This document shows, one piece after another, positions 29,460 to 38,915 of a DNA stretch of 64,000 nucleotides (position 1 is the stretch's first letter; every line of letters begins with the position of its first letter). Below the pieces are notes generated by a model. It searched no databases. It was given only the letters and a program-made list of their open reading frames with translations, and was not told the origin of the DNA. Source of the stretch: an uncultured Gemmatimonadales bacterium (GTDB lineage Bacteria > Gemmatimonadota > Gemmatimonadetes > Gemmatimonadales > GWC2-71-9); the NCBI GenBank assembly GCA_963842945.1, contig CAWJIM010000003.1:96001-160000 (forward strand). Direction: 5' to 3'. The position numbers were made by a program, and so were the translations under genes.

Positions 29460-30515
29460 ATGACCCGCGTCGTAGGCTTCGACCCGGGCACGGTCAGCAT
29501 AGACATCTGCGGCCTGGCCGACGGACGGCTCTACTTGGATCAGAGCTGGCCCACCGAGGACGCACTGGCGCACCCGGAGAAGTTCCTCGATGTGCTCCGG
29601 GCATCGGGGCGTCCCGACCTGGTGGCCGGGCCTTCGGGGTATGGCCTGCCTTTGGTGCGATCGGCGCAGGCCACTGACGAAGACCTGCGTCTGGCCTTCC
29701 TCGCCCCGCCGGATGAGCCCGGAGGTATCAGCGGCCTGCGGCATCTGGCGCGACAGCTGGGAGCCTCAGGATTACCCGTGGTCTACCTGCCCGGGGTCAT
29801 CCACCTCGGCACTGTACCCGAGCACCGGAAAGTGAACCGGGTGGACCTGGGAACTGCAGACAAGCTGTGCGCCGCCGCGCTGGGGATCCACCAGGAGTCC
29901 GAGCGGATGGCCTGCTCGCCCGACGAGGTATCGTTCATTCTCCTGGAGCTGGGCGGAGGATTTACCGCCGGTGTCGCGGTTGAACAGGGTCAGATCGTGG
30001 ACGGTCTGGGAGGATCCAGCGGCCCGATCGGTTGGCGCTCTGCGGGCGCGCTCGATGGCGAAGTAGCCTTCCTCGCCGAACACATTTCCAAGGCAGCGCT
30101 GTTTCAAGGTGGGGTGACCTCGATGCTCGAGCGGGAGCCGGGGCGGCGGGCGATTGCCCTTGATGCCTACATCGAAGGCGCCGTGAAAGCCGTACGGCAG
30201 CTCTGCTGTTCCGCCCCGTCTGCCGGCGAGATTCTCCTGTCCGGACGCAAAGCGGCCGAGCCCCATATCGTCGAGCGGTTAAGCCGCGCCCTGGCGGATC
30301 TCGGCTCGGTTCGGCCGCTCCGTGGCTTTGCCGCAAAGGCGAAACAGGGAGCGCAGGGTGCCGCCCTCCTGGCGGACGGGTTGAGCGGTGGCACCCATGC
30401 CGGACTGGTCGACCGGCTGAGCCTGCGGGAAGCCCGAGGCACCGTGCTCGATCACCTGGTGTTCATCTCGCCCGAAGCGGCAAGACGGCGGCTGGGAATC
30501 GTCCGGGATGCCTGA
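29460..30515 (+). CDS. DUF1464-family protein (ASKHA/butyrate-kinase-like fold)
   Basis: VVGFDPGT, GPSGYG, PGVIHL.TVP.HRKVN.VD.GTADK, DGEVA, AQGAALLADG. Confidence 0.82.
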   Translation: MTRVVGFDPGTVSIDICGLADGRLYLDQSWPTEDALAHPEKFLDVLRASGRPDLVAGPSGYGLPLVRSAQATDEDLRLAFLAPPDEPGGISGLRHLARQLGASGLPVVYLPGVIHLGTVPEHRKVNRVDLGTADKLCAAALGIHQESERMACSPDEVSFILLELGGGFTAGVAVEQGQIVDGLGGSSGPIGWRSAGALDGEVAFLAEHISKAALFQGGVTSMLEREPGRRAIALDAYIEGAVKAVRQLCCSAPSAGEILLSGRKAAEPHIVERLSRALADLGSVRPLRGFAAKAKQGAQGAALLADGLSGGTHAGLVDRLSLREARGTVLDHLVFISPEAARRRLGIVRDA

Positions 30516-31686
30516 GCACAGGCGCGCGCCACACGTGCTGGTTGCCGGGGTAACTACCCGCGCCCTCGCGCTGTCTGCGGTCCGCGCAGGCTACCGAGTC
30601 ACCGCCGTCGACGCCTTTGCGGATCTCGACCTGCAGGCAGCAGCGCAGCAGGTGCTCCTCGCCCGTTCGCGGACGCCCGGCGAACCCTACGGCCCGATGG
30701 AAGCGGCCAATGTCGGCTCTAATATTTCCGCCCAGCTTGCCGCGTATACCTCCAATTTTGAGAATTACCCCACCGCTGTCGCCCGGCTTGCCCAGGGACG
30801 GCAACTCCTGGGAAACCCACCCGAGACATTGCGTCGAGCCAGAAATCCTGTCGAGGTCACGCGAATCCTCCGGCAGAGCGGTGTGCCCTGTCCGGAGTCC
30901 CGGAGCGAACCACCCGACCGTCGCTCCTCGCTCGGACCATGGCTGCTTAAGCCGCGTCGGTCCGGTGGCGGCCATGGCGTCGAGCCCTGGCTGGAGGGGA
31001 CTCCTGTGCCGACGGGCATGTATCTCCAGCAGCGGATAACTGGGGCTCCTGGCTCGATCTCGTTTGCTGCCGATGGGACCAATACCAGAATCCTGGGCTT
31101 CTCCCGCCAATTGGTAGGGGACCCGCGATTTGGTGCCGGGCGGTTTCGGTACTGCGGAAGCATCCTGGGTACTCCACAGCTCCAATTGTTCACCCGACAG
31201 GCCGAACTACTGGAGCTGGCGACTCGAGCGGCCTCCCTCCTCGCAGGCAGCCTGGGTCTGATCGGTCTGAATGGCGTCGACTTCATCGCCCGGCAGGGCG
31301 TGCCCTACCCCATCGAGATAAACCCTCGCTACTCCGCCTCCATGGAGCTGATCGAGCGGGCCCACCAGCTCTCGATCTTTGGTATTCATGCCGTGGCCTG
31401 TAAGCGGGATTTGCGGGCGATACCCGCGCTGCCCCATAGCGCATTGGCTCACGGCAAGGCAATCGTGTTTGCTCGTCAGGACAGTCTGGTAGGCGACTCG
31501 CGCCGCTGGCTCGGGAGAAACTGGGTGGCAGACGTGCCCCGCCCTGGGGAACACATCCGCAAGGGACGCCCGATCTGCACTGTTTTTGCCGAGGGCCGGA
31601 CGCCTGAGGAGTGCCGTGGCCGTCTCGTACGCCGGGCCAGGATGATCTACCGGCAGATGAGATCATCCGGAAAGCAGGCCGCATGA
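30508..31686 (+). CDS. ATP-grasp protein of H4MPT/methanofuran clusters
   Basis: RALALSA…DAFADLD, LLKPRRSGGG, YLQQRITG, GLNGVDF, IEINPR, GRPICTV. Confidence 0.85.
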   Translation: MPEHRRAPHVLVAGVTTRALALSAVRAGYRVTAVDAFADLDLQAAAQQVLLARSRTPGEPYGPMEAANVGSNISAQLAAYTSNFENYPTAVARLAQGRQLLGNPPETLRRARNPVEVTRILRQSGVPCPESRSEPPDRRSSLGPWLLKPRRSGGGHGVEPWLEGTPVPTGMYLQQRITGAPGSISFAADGTNTRILGFSRQLVGDPRFGAGRFRYCGSILGTPQLQLFTRQAELLELATRAASLLAGSLGLIGLNGVDFIARQGVPYPIEINPRYSASMELIERAHQLSIFGIHAVACKRDLRAIPALPHSALAHGKAIVFARQDSLVGDSRRWLGRNWVADVPRPGEHIRKGRPICTVFAEGRTPEECRGRLVRRARMIYRQMRSSGKQAA

Positions 31687-32958
31687 CCTCGGACCGTCGA
31701 ATCGAGCACGTCACCTGTCTCGGCTGTGGCTGCGGCTGTGATGACCTGACCGTCGTGGTCTCGAACGACCGTATCACCGAGATAACCCCGGCCTGTCCCC
31801 TGGGAAAAGCCTGGTTCGGAGATGGCCGGGTTCCCGATCAAGTGATGAGCGATGGAAAACCGGTCGCCCTGGACCTGGCGATCGGGCGATTGGCCGAAGC
31901 TCTGGTAGCAGCGCGAGGTCGTTGCCTGGTGTACCTGGGCACGGATCTGACAACCCAGGCCCAGCGCGCTGCCCTCTCCGTTGCCGATCTAGTCGGCGGG
32001 ACGGTCGATTCGGAAACCTCGGATACCGCGGCCAACGGGCTGATCACCGCGCAGCGTCGTGGGCGAGCCGTGGCGACGCTGGGCGAAGTGCGCAATCGGG
32101 GTGATGTCTTTCTGTTCTGGGGTGTGGATCCGCGGGAGCGCTACCCTCGGTTCCTGTCGCGTTACAGCCTGGAGCCGGTGGGAACCCAGGTGCCGGATGG
32201 CAGGCACGGTCGCCATGTAATCGCGGTCAGCGTGGGCGCCGACAAGGCCCTGGAAGCGGCCGATTCCCGGGTTCAGCTCCCGGCTGGATCAGGAGATCGC
32301 CGCCCTCACTCTGATCCGGGCGGCCGTTCTGGGCAATCCGGTCAGGGCTAAGACGAAGACTGCCCAGGCGGCCGGCGTCATAGCCGAGAAGCTGATGAGC
32401 GCGCGGTATGCCGTCCTGGTGCATGACGCGGAGCCCACGGCCGAAGCGCGGAATCCGCTCCGAGCCGAAGCCCTGATCGCCTTGACCCAGGCTCTCAATG
32501 GACCGACCCGGGCATCATTGGTGAGCCTTCGTGCCGGAGGCAATCGAGTGGGCGGGGAGGCGGTTCTCACCTGGCAGACCGGATATCCCTTTGCGGTGGA
32601 TTTCACTCTGGGATATCCGCGCTACCGTCCGGAGCGGCGCGGCCGGGCCGGAATAGAGAGCGACCGATATCAGGCGGTGCTTCTGCTGGGTAGCCTGCCG
32701 GAGAACAGTCCGACGTTCGCGGCGCTCTCCCGCCTGCGGCCCGCGGTGATCGGGCCTCGCGCGAGCCAGGTCCCCTTTCCCACCAGCATTGCGATTGACA
32801 CCGGGGTGGCGGGCATCCACGACAGGGGTACAGCCTACCGCATGGATGAAATCCCCCTCGCGCTCCGTTCCTGCCTTGCCGGACCTCGAGCGGCCGCTGA
32901 CGTGCTCCAGCAGCTGGCGAGTGCCACTCACCGTCTAATACAGGCTCGGGCCAGATGA
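31683..32958 (+). CDS. fhcB: Formyltransferase/hydrolase complex subunit B (FwdB-like); frameshift near 32285
   Basis: CLGCGCGCDD, TLGEVRNRGD, YPRFLSRY, WQTGYPFAVDF, GTAYRMDEIPL. Confidence 0.9.
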
Positions 32959-34589
32959 GCTCCAGCCGGCTTCGGCTCGTCGGTGGCACGATCTACGATC
33001 CGGCCAACCAGGTGGATGGAGAGGCTCGCGACCTCTGTATCGAGGACGGCCGCATCGTGGCGAGCTTGCCCGACGGAGCTCCCAGCCTGGACGTAAAAGG
33101 CATGGTCGTGATGCCAGGCGGGGTGGACATTCACTCCCACCTGGCGAGCTCGAGTTGCAACCACGCCCGCCGACTGCTGCCGGAGGAGCACGCCGCTGAT
33201 CCGGCACCCAGGCCGGCACTCACCCCGGAGGAGCTCGCTCGCTCGGGCACCGGAGGTACCGTCCCCAGCACCTTCACCACCGGCTACCGATACGCAGGAC
33301 TGGGATACACCACCGTCTTCGACGCCGCTGTAGCGCCGGTGGCTGCCCGGCACAGCCACGCTGAGCTGGACGACACGCCCTGCGTGGATGGCGGAATTTT
33401 TGTGCTGATGGGAAACGACGAATACCTCCTCCGCCAGATTGCCGCGGGCGAGCGCGAGCGGGCTCGAGACTACGCCGCCTGGCTGTTGGGGTCCGCCGGC
33501 GGGTACGCGATCAAGATCGTGAATCCGGGTGGCATCGAGGCCTGGAAGTCAGGGCAACGCAATCTCAGCGGACTCGACGAGCCTTTGAAAGGCAGGGGGA
33601 TCACCGCGAGAGACATTCTTGAAACGCTGGCTAACGCCGGCAATGAGATCGGCCTGCCTCATCCGGTTCACATCCACTGCAATAACCTGGGAATGCCGGG
33701 CAATGTGGACGTCACGCTCGCCAGCATGCGGGCCCTCGCCGGTCGACGGGCGCACTTCACCCATCTGCAATTTCATAGCTACGGCGGACCCGGCTGGCGA
33801 TCGGCGGCGGCTCCGGTCATGGAATACGTCAATGGTCATCCCGAAGTGAGCGTCGATGTAGGACAGGTCATGTTTGGGCCTGCCACCACCATCACTGCCG
33901 ACGGGCCGGTGGAGTATCTGCTGCATCGGAGCAGCGGGCGCAAATGGCTGAACCTGGACATCGAGCTTGAGACTGGCTGCGGCATTGTTCCGATCGTCTA
34001 CAAGGACAAGGCTGCCGTCAGCGCGTTGCAATGGGCGATTGGACTCGAGCTGTTCCTCCTGAGCCAGGACCCCTGGCGAGTGATTCTCTCGACCGACCAC
34101 CCCAATGGAGGTTCGTTTCTTTCCTACCCTGCACTGATTCAGCTGCTGATGGACAAATCGGTCCGGGACGAACGGCTGAAGCAGGTCAACCCGAAGCTCC
34201 TGGCGGGTTCCGCGCTGGCTGACGGCCTTGCGCGAGAGTACACCCTCAACGAGATCGCGATCATCACCCGGGCCGGACCAGCCCGGCTCCTGGGGCTCAA
34301 GCAGAAGGGACACCTTGGAGTCGGCGCCGACGCCGATGTCACGGTATATAGCCGGGATTCCGATATCGCCCGGATGTTTGCCTCGCCCCGTTTCGTGCTC
34401 AAGGGCGGCACTGTGGTTGTAGAAGAGGGGCAGCTCCGGAGGGCTCCTGCCGGCGGCAGGCTTCGGTTGGCCCCGGGTTACGACGACGCCCTGCTTCCTG
34501 ACCTGCGCTCCTACTTCGAGGCCTACTGCACGGTGTCCTTCGCGAACTACCCGGTACAGGACCTTCGGGATGATCCGCTTCCACTCTAG
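32955..34589 (+). CDS. fhcA: Formyltransferase/hydrolase complex subunit A (amidohydrolase)
   Basis: PGGVDIHSH, KIVNPGG, HIHCNNLG, THLQFH, STDHPNG, GHLGVGADAD. Confidence 0.96.
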   Translation: MSSSRLRLVGGTIYDPANQVDGEARDLCIEDGRIVASLPDGAPSLDVKGMVVMPGGVDIHSHLASSSCNHARRLLPEEHAADPAPRPALTPEELARSGTGGTVPSTFTTGYRYAGLGYTTVFDAAVAPVAARHSHAELDDTPCVDGGIFVLMGNDEYLLRQIAAGERERARDYAAWLLGSAGGYAIKIVNPGGIEAWKSGQRNLSGLDEPLKGRGITARDILETLANAGNEIGLPHPVHIHCNNLGMPGNVDVTLASMRALAGRRAHFTHLQFHSYGGPGWRSAAAPVMEYVNGHPEVSVDVGQVMFGPATTITADGPVEYLLHRSSGRKWLNLDIELETGCGIVPIVYKDKAAVSALQWAIGLELFLLSQDPWRVILSTDHPNGGSFLSYPALIQLLMDKSVRDERLKQVNPKLLAGSALADGLAREYTLNEIAIITRAGPARLLGLKQKGHLGVGADADVTVYSRDSDIARMFASPRFVLKGGTVVVEEGQLRRAPAGGRLRLAPGYDDALLPDLRSYFEAYCTVSFANYPVQDLRDDPLPL

Positions 34590-34601
34590 GACAGCGCCGC
34601 T

Positions 34602-35504
34602 ATGAAGATTCGCGGTGTGGTGATCGAAGACACCTTCGCCGAGGCCTTCACCATGCGAGTCGCGCGGATCATCATCACCGGCAGCAGTATGCGCTGGGTT
34701 CGCGCTGCCGCGCTGAAGCTCACCGGATTTGCCACTTCCGTCATCGGGTGCAAGGTGGAAGCCGGCATCGAGCGGGAGCTGACCGCCTCCCGAACACCAG
34801 ACGGTCGTCCCGGGGTCAGCGTGCTGCTCATGACCATGAGCAAGGACGACCTCGGGAAGCGTCTCATCGAGCGGATCGGTCAAACTGTGCTGACCTGTCC
34901 CACCACCGCCTGCTACGACGGGCTCCCTGACGCGCCCGATCGGGTGGGTGTGGGCTCGGCTCTGCGCTTTTTCGGTGATGGGTTCCAGGGAAGCAAGGTG
35001 ATCGGCGGCGAGCGGTTCTGGCGTATTCCCGTTATGGAAGGCGAATTCCTGGTGCAGGAAAAGTTCGGCATGATCAAAGGGGTGGGCGGCGGCAACTTCC
35101 TGATTCTCGCGCGCAGCGCTGAGGCTGCTCTCAAGGCAGCCGAACAAGCCGCTGACAGCATGGCGTCTCATGCCGGCGTCATCCTTCCCTTCCCCGGCGG
35201 CGTGGTGCGCAGCGGCAGCAAAGTCGGTTCTCGGCGAAGCAAGACCATGATCGCCTCGACCAACGACGCCTTTTGCCCTACGCTGCGCGCGGTCACCAAG
35301 ACCGCGTTGCCCGATGAGGTCAACTCGGTGCTCGAGATCGTCATCAACGGGACCGACGCCGCCTCGATCGCCTCGGCAATGAAGGTCGGCATCGATGCCG
35401 CCTGCGCTGAGGGGGTAGTGGCCATCAGCGCCGGCAACTACGGCGGAAAGCTCGGCCCGCACCATTTCCATCTGCGGAAGATCATGGAGGGAGATGGGGC
35501 ATGA
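34602..35504 (+). CDS. fhcD: Formylmethanofuran-H4MPT formyltransferase (Ftr)
   Basis: EDTFAEAF, TPDGRPG, RIGQTVLTCPTT, GVGGGN, RSGSKVGS, SAGNYGGKLG. Confidence 0.97.
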   Translation: MKIRGVVIEDTFAEAFTMRVARIIITGSSMRWVRAAALKLTGFATSVIGCKVEAGIERELTASRTPDGRPGVSVLLMTMSKDDLGKRLIERIGQTVLTCPTTACYDGLPDAPDRVGVGSALRFFGDGFQGSKVIGGERFWRIPVMEGEFLVQEKFGMIKGVGGGNFLILARSAEAALKAAEQAADSMASHAGVILPFPGGVVRSGSKVGSRRSKTMIASTNDAFCPTLRAVTKTALPDEVNSVLEIVINGTDAASIASAMKVGIDAACAEGVVAISAGNYGGKLGPHHFHLRKIMEGDGA

Positions 35505-36268
35505 GCGACGGACTCACTGCCCGGTTGAAGAGCTCCCTGGAGCAGCGGGTGGATTGTTCCGCCGTGCTTACGGATCCCTGGGCCACACTCACCGCTAACG
35601 AGCTCGCGAGGCGCACGGTGGAGCTGGAGCGGGACGGGCACATGCCGCTAGGCGAACTCTTTGAGGTCACCGGGAGTCCTGCTGGCCGAATCCGCTTCAC
35701 TGGTGACCTGAGTCGGGCAGACCGCCTGGCAGCGGGCCTCAGCGAAGGGGTGGTAACCGTCGAGGGTAATCTGGGAGATGAAGCGGGCCTGGGCATGGCC
35801 GCGGGTGCGCTCGTCATAGAAGGCAACACCGGTGCCCGCGCCGGAGCCGCGTCACCGGGTTTCAAGCGTGGCATGACAGGTGGGGAGCTGATCGTGCGAG
35901 GATCGGTGGGAGCTGAAGCCGGTGCGTCGATGCGCCGCGGGGTGCTGGTCATCGGGGGAAGCGCCGGAGAGCGTGCCGGGTTGGGAATGATCGCGGGCAA
36001 TATCGTCGTATTTGGGGCCGCTGGTGGCGATGCCGGACTCTGGTCCAAGCGCGGCTCCATCGCCGCGCTGGGTGGCATCACTCCTCCAGCCAGCTACGTG
36101 TACGCCTGCACCTATCAGCCGATCCATCTCCGAGTGATGCTTCTGCGATTGCAGACCATATACGGAATACGGGTTCGCAAGCGACAGCTGGCCGGCCTCT
36201 ATCGTCGATACAGCGGCGATTTCGCTGAACTGGGCAAGGGAGAAATTCTCGAATGGATGGCGACATGA
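35501..36268 (+). CDS. fhcC: Formyltransferase/hydrolase complex subunit C
   Basis: GXGXG beta-helix repeats, GMTGG, MRRG, C-terminal GDFAELGKGEIL. Confidence 0.95.
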   Translation: MSDGLTARLKSSLEQRVDCSAVLTDPWATLTANELARRTVELERDGHMPLGELFEVTGSPAGRIRFTGDLSRADRLAAGLSEGVVTVEGNLGDEAGLGMAAGALVIEGNTGARAGAASPGFKRGMTGGELIVRGSVGAEAGASMRRGVLVIGGSAGERAGLGMIAGNIVVFGAAGGDAGLWSKRGSIAALGGITPPASYVYACTYQPIHLRVMLLRLQTIYGIRVRKRQLAGLYRRYSGDFAELGKGEILEWMAT

Positions 36269-37245
36269 CCACACTGGAGCTGCATACCGGGTCGTTACGG
36301 ATGAATGAAGTCGCCCACGAGATCGCCGATGGAATGGCAGATCAGGCCGAAGCCCTCAGGGTGAGAACCTTCCGGCTGCCCGGTGGTGCTCGGGTCATTG
36401 ACGCCGGTGTGGAAGTGGACGGTGGGATCGAGGCCGGGCTGGCACTGGCGGAGATCTGCATGGGCGGGCTGGGCAATGTGACGATGAGCCCGGTGCAAAT
36501 CGGCGGTGAATCCCACCCCGGCGTTCTCGTCTGGACCGACCACCCGGCCATCTCCTGCATGGCGTCCCAGTACGCTGGGTGGGCCGTTTCGGTGGGCAAG
36601 TTTTTCGCTATGGGATCGGGACCGCTCCGAGCTCACGCCCGGGTGGAACGTGAGCTGTTCGAGAAGCTGGGCTACGAAGAACGGGCAGACGAAGCCGTGC
36701 TGGTGCTGGAGGGACGCACGCTTCCCACCGATGAGGTCGCTGCGTGGGTGGCCGACAAGGCGCGGCTCCAGCCGGCACAGCTCACCTTCGTCATTGCCCC
36801 AACCGCGAGTCTGGCGGGCGGCGTTCAGATCTCCGCGCGGATCGTCGAGACCGGGCTCCACAAAATGGAAACCCTGGGATTCGATGTCCGGCGGGTGGTA
36901 AACGCGGTCGGCACGGCGCCCCTGCCTCCCGTGGCCAAGAACGATCTACGCGCTATTGGCCGAACCAACGACTGTATCCTCTACGGCGGCCAGGCCCGGT
37001 TCACAATTCGGGCGGGAGATGCCGAGCTGGAGAAACTCGCCGAACAGGTTCCGGCTTCGGCGTCACGGGACTATGGCACGCCCTTCTACGAGACCTTCCA
37101 GCGCTATGAGGGTGACTTCTACAAGATCGATCCCTTGCTCTTTAGCCCGGCAGAGGTGTGGCTGACCAGCACCGAAACCGGCCGCACCTTTCATGCGGGA
37201 CGCCTGAACCCCGAAGTTCTTAACGCCTCACTGTACAACCTCTAG
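36265..37245 (+). CDS. mch: Methenyl-H4MPT cyclohydrolase
   Basis: EICMGGL, CMASQYAGW, MGSGP, QISAR.VETGLHK, GRTNDCILYGG, FYKIDPLLFSPA. Confidence 0.97.
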   Translation: MTTLELHTGSLRMNEVAHEIADGMADQAEALRVRTFRLPGGARVIDAGVEVDGGIEAGLALAEICMGGLGNVTMSPVQIGGESHPGVLVWTDHPAISCMASQYAGWAVSVGKFFAMGSGPLRAHARVERELFEKLGYEERADEAVLVLEGRTLPTDEVAAWVADKARLQPAQLTFVIAPTASLAGGVQISARIVETGLHKMETLGFDVRRVVNAVGTAPLPPVAKNDLRAIGRTNDCILYGGQARFTIRAGDAELEKLAEQVPASASRDYGTPFYETFQRYEGDFYKIDPLLFSPAEVWLTSTETGRTFHAGRLNPEVLNASLYNL

Positions 37246-37258
37246 CCCGGAGCCTTTG

Positions 37259-38044
37259 ATGCGACGTCTGACGATGTGGCTGATTCCCGCCTTAGCTCTC
37301 GCCGCCTGCAGGCCGGCCGCCGATAAGAACGTCGAGAGTCGGACAGGAGACACGACATCCGCCGCCGCGCCTGCATCGGCTGGACCCATGGCCATCGTGA
37401 CGGTGCTGTACAACCAGCCCAAAGACACCGCTGCCTTCGAGAAGTACTATGCCAGCACCCACCTTCCGCTGGTGAAGGCCAATCAGCGAGAGATCGGTTT
37501 CGTGCGGGCCGACCTCACCAGGTTCTCCTCCACGGCTGACGGCAAGAAGCCGACGTACTACCGGCAGGCTGAGCTGTATTTCAACTCGATGGACGATCTC
37601 AAGAAGGGCGTGGCTACGGCGGGGTTCAAGAAGGTTGCCGACGACCTGGCCAACTTTGCCACCGGTGGTCTGACCGGAATGATTGCCACTGCCAGCAATG
37701 CACACGAGACCGGATCGGGCAGCACACCGGCGGCTATCGTGACGGTCATCTACAAAACTCCCAAGGACACTGCCGCCTTCGAGAAGTACTACTCGGAGAC
37801 CCATCTGCCGCTGGTCACCAGCAACAAGAGTGACATCGGCTTCGAGCGGGCCGAGCTTACCAAGTTCTCCTCCAACCTTGATGGCACCCCTCCCAGCCGG
37901 TATCGCCAGGCGGAGCTCTATTTCGCGTCCATGGCGGCCCTGAAGAAGGGTGTCGCCACTCCCGGCTTCAAGCAGGTCGCCGGAGACCTGTCCAAGTTTG
38001 CCACCGGAGGGTTCGACGCCCTGATCGGAGCGGAGACCAAGTAG
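37259..38044 (+). CDS. Lipoprotein with two tandem EthD-like domains
   Basis: Lipobox LAAC; two copies of IVTV.Y..PKDTAAFEKYY..THLPLV…RQAELYF.SM..LKKGVAT.GFK.VA.DL..FATGG. Confidence 0.85.
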   Translation: MRRLTMWLIPALALAACRPAADKNVESRTGDTTSAAAPASAGPMAIVTVLYNQPKDTAAFEKYYASTHLPLVKANQREIGFVRADLTRFSSTADGKKPTYYRQAELYFNSMDDLKKGVATAGFKKVADDLANFATGGLTGMIATASNAHETGSGSTPAAIVTVIYKTPKDTAAFEKYYSETHLPLVTSNKSDIGFERAELTKFSSNLDGTPPSRYRQAELYFASMAALKKGVATPGFKQVAGDLSKFATGGFDALIGAETK

Positions 38045-38045
38045 C

Positions 38046-38915
38046 GTGCGTCTGGCAGTTCTCGCCGCCCGCACCGGCTGGCACACTCAGCAGCTGGAGC
38101 AGGCGGCGGCCGCGCGGGGCCATGAGGCGGTGGTCCTGCCTTATGAAGGCCTGGTGGCGACCATCGGGCCTCACGCCACCCTTCGCAGCAACGGAACAGA
38201 TCTGGACGCCATGGATCTGGTGCTCGCCCGCATCATTCCATCGGGATCTCTGGAGCAGATCGTCTTCCGGGTTGATGCACTGCATCGGCTGGAAGATCGG
38301 GGTATGAGGGTCATCAACTCGCCCCGCACCATCGAGCGTACGGTTGACAAGTTCTGGACTTCGGCCCTGCTGGAACAGTGCGGCATAGCCACACCCGAGA
38401 CCGTGGTGTGCGAACGGCCCGAAGAAGCCATCCAGGCCTTCCGAAGGCTGCAGGACGTCATCGTCAAGCCGCTGTTTGGATCCATGGGCTTGGGAATGGT
38501 CCGAGTTCAGGATGAAGAGATGGCTTTCCGGGTATTCCGTACGCTGGAGCAGATCCGGGCCGTCTATTACCTGCAGCGCACGGTGGACCACGAAGGGGTG
38601 GATGTCAGGGCATTCGTGATCGGAGGAAAGCTCTTCGCGGCGATCGAACGCCGAGCCTCAGGCTGGCGCACCAATCTGGCCCGCGGCGCGGCCGCGCAGG
38701 CGGTAAAGCTTTCGGAGGATGCCAGGGCTCTAGCGTTGCGGGCCGCCGCCGCGGTAGGCGCAGATTACGCCGGAGTCGATCTGGTCACGGATCGCGACGG
38801 TCGAACCCACGTTCTCGAGGTCAATGGAATACCCGGATGGAAAGGATTGCAGCAGGCCACAGGGCTGGACGTCGCCGGAGCGCTGATCGACTATCTGTCA
38901 GCCCGCACCGAGTGA
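38046..38915 (+). CDS. RimK-family alpha-L-glutamate ligase (Orf5/MptN-like)
   Basis: GSLEQIVFRVDALH, VDKFWT, VKPLFGSMG, WRTNLARG, EVNGIPGW. Confidence 0.93.
   Translation: MRLAVLAARTGWHTQQLEQAAAARGHEAVVLPYEGLVATIGPHATLRSNGTDLDAMDLVLARIIPSGSLEQIVFRVDALHRLEDRGMRVINSPRTIERTVDKFWTSALLEQCGIATPETVVCERPEEAIQAFRRLQDVIVKPLFGSMGLGMVRVQDEEMAFRVFRTLEQIRAVYYLQRTVDHEGVDVRAFVIGGKLFAAIERRASGWRTNLARGAAAQAVKLSEDARALALRAAAAVGADYAGVDLVTDRDGRTHVLEVNGIPGWKGLQQATGLDVAGALIDYLSARTE

Noticed and set aside
31683..36268. Methanogen-type formylmethanofuran dehydrogenase (methanogenesis or CO2 fixation)
   Set aside because: There is no Mo/W ligand Cys, no fwdD/F/G and no mcr or mtr; the B-A-D-C order is the bacterial Fhc arrangement
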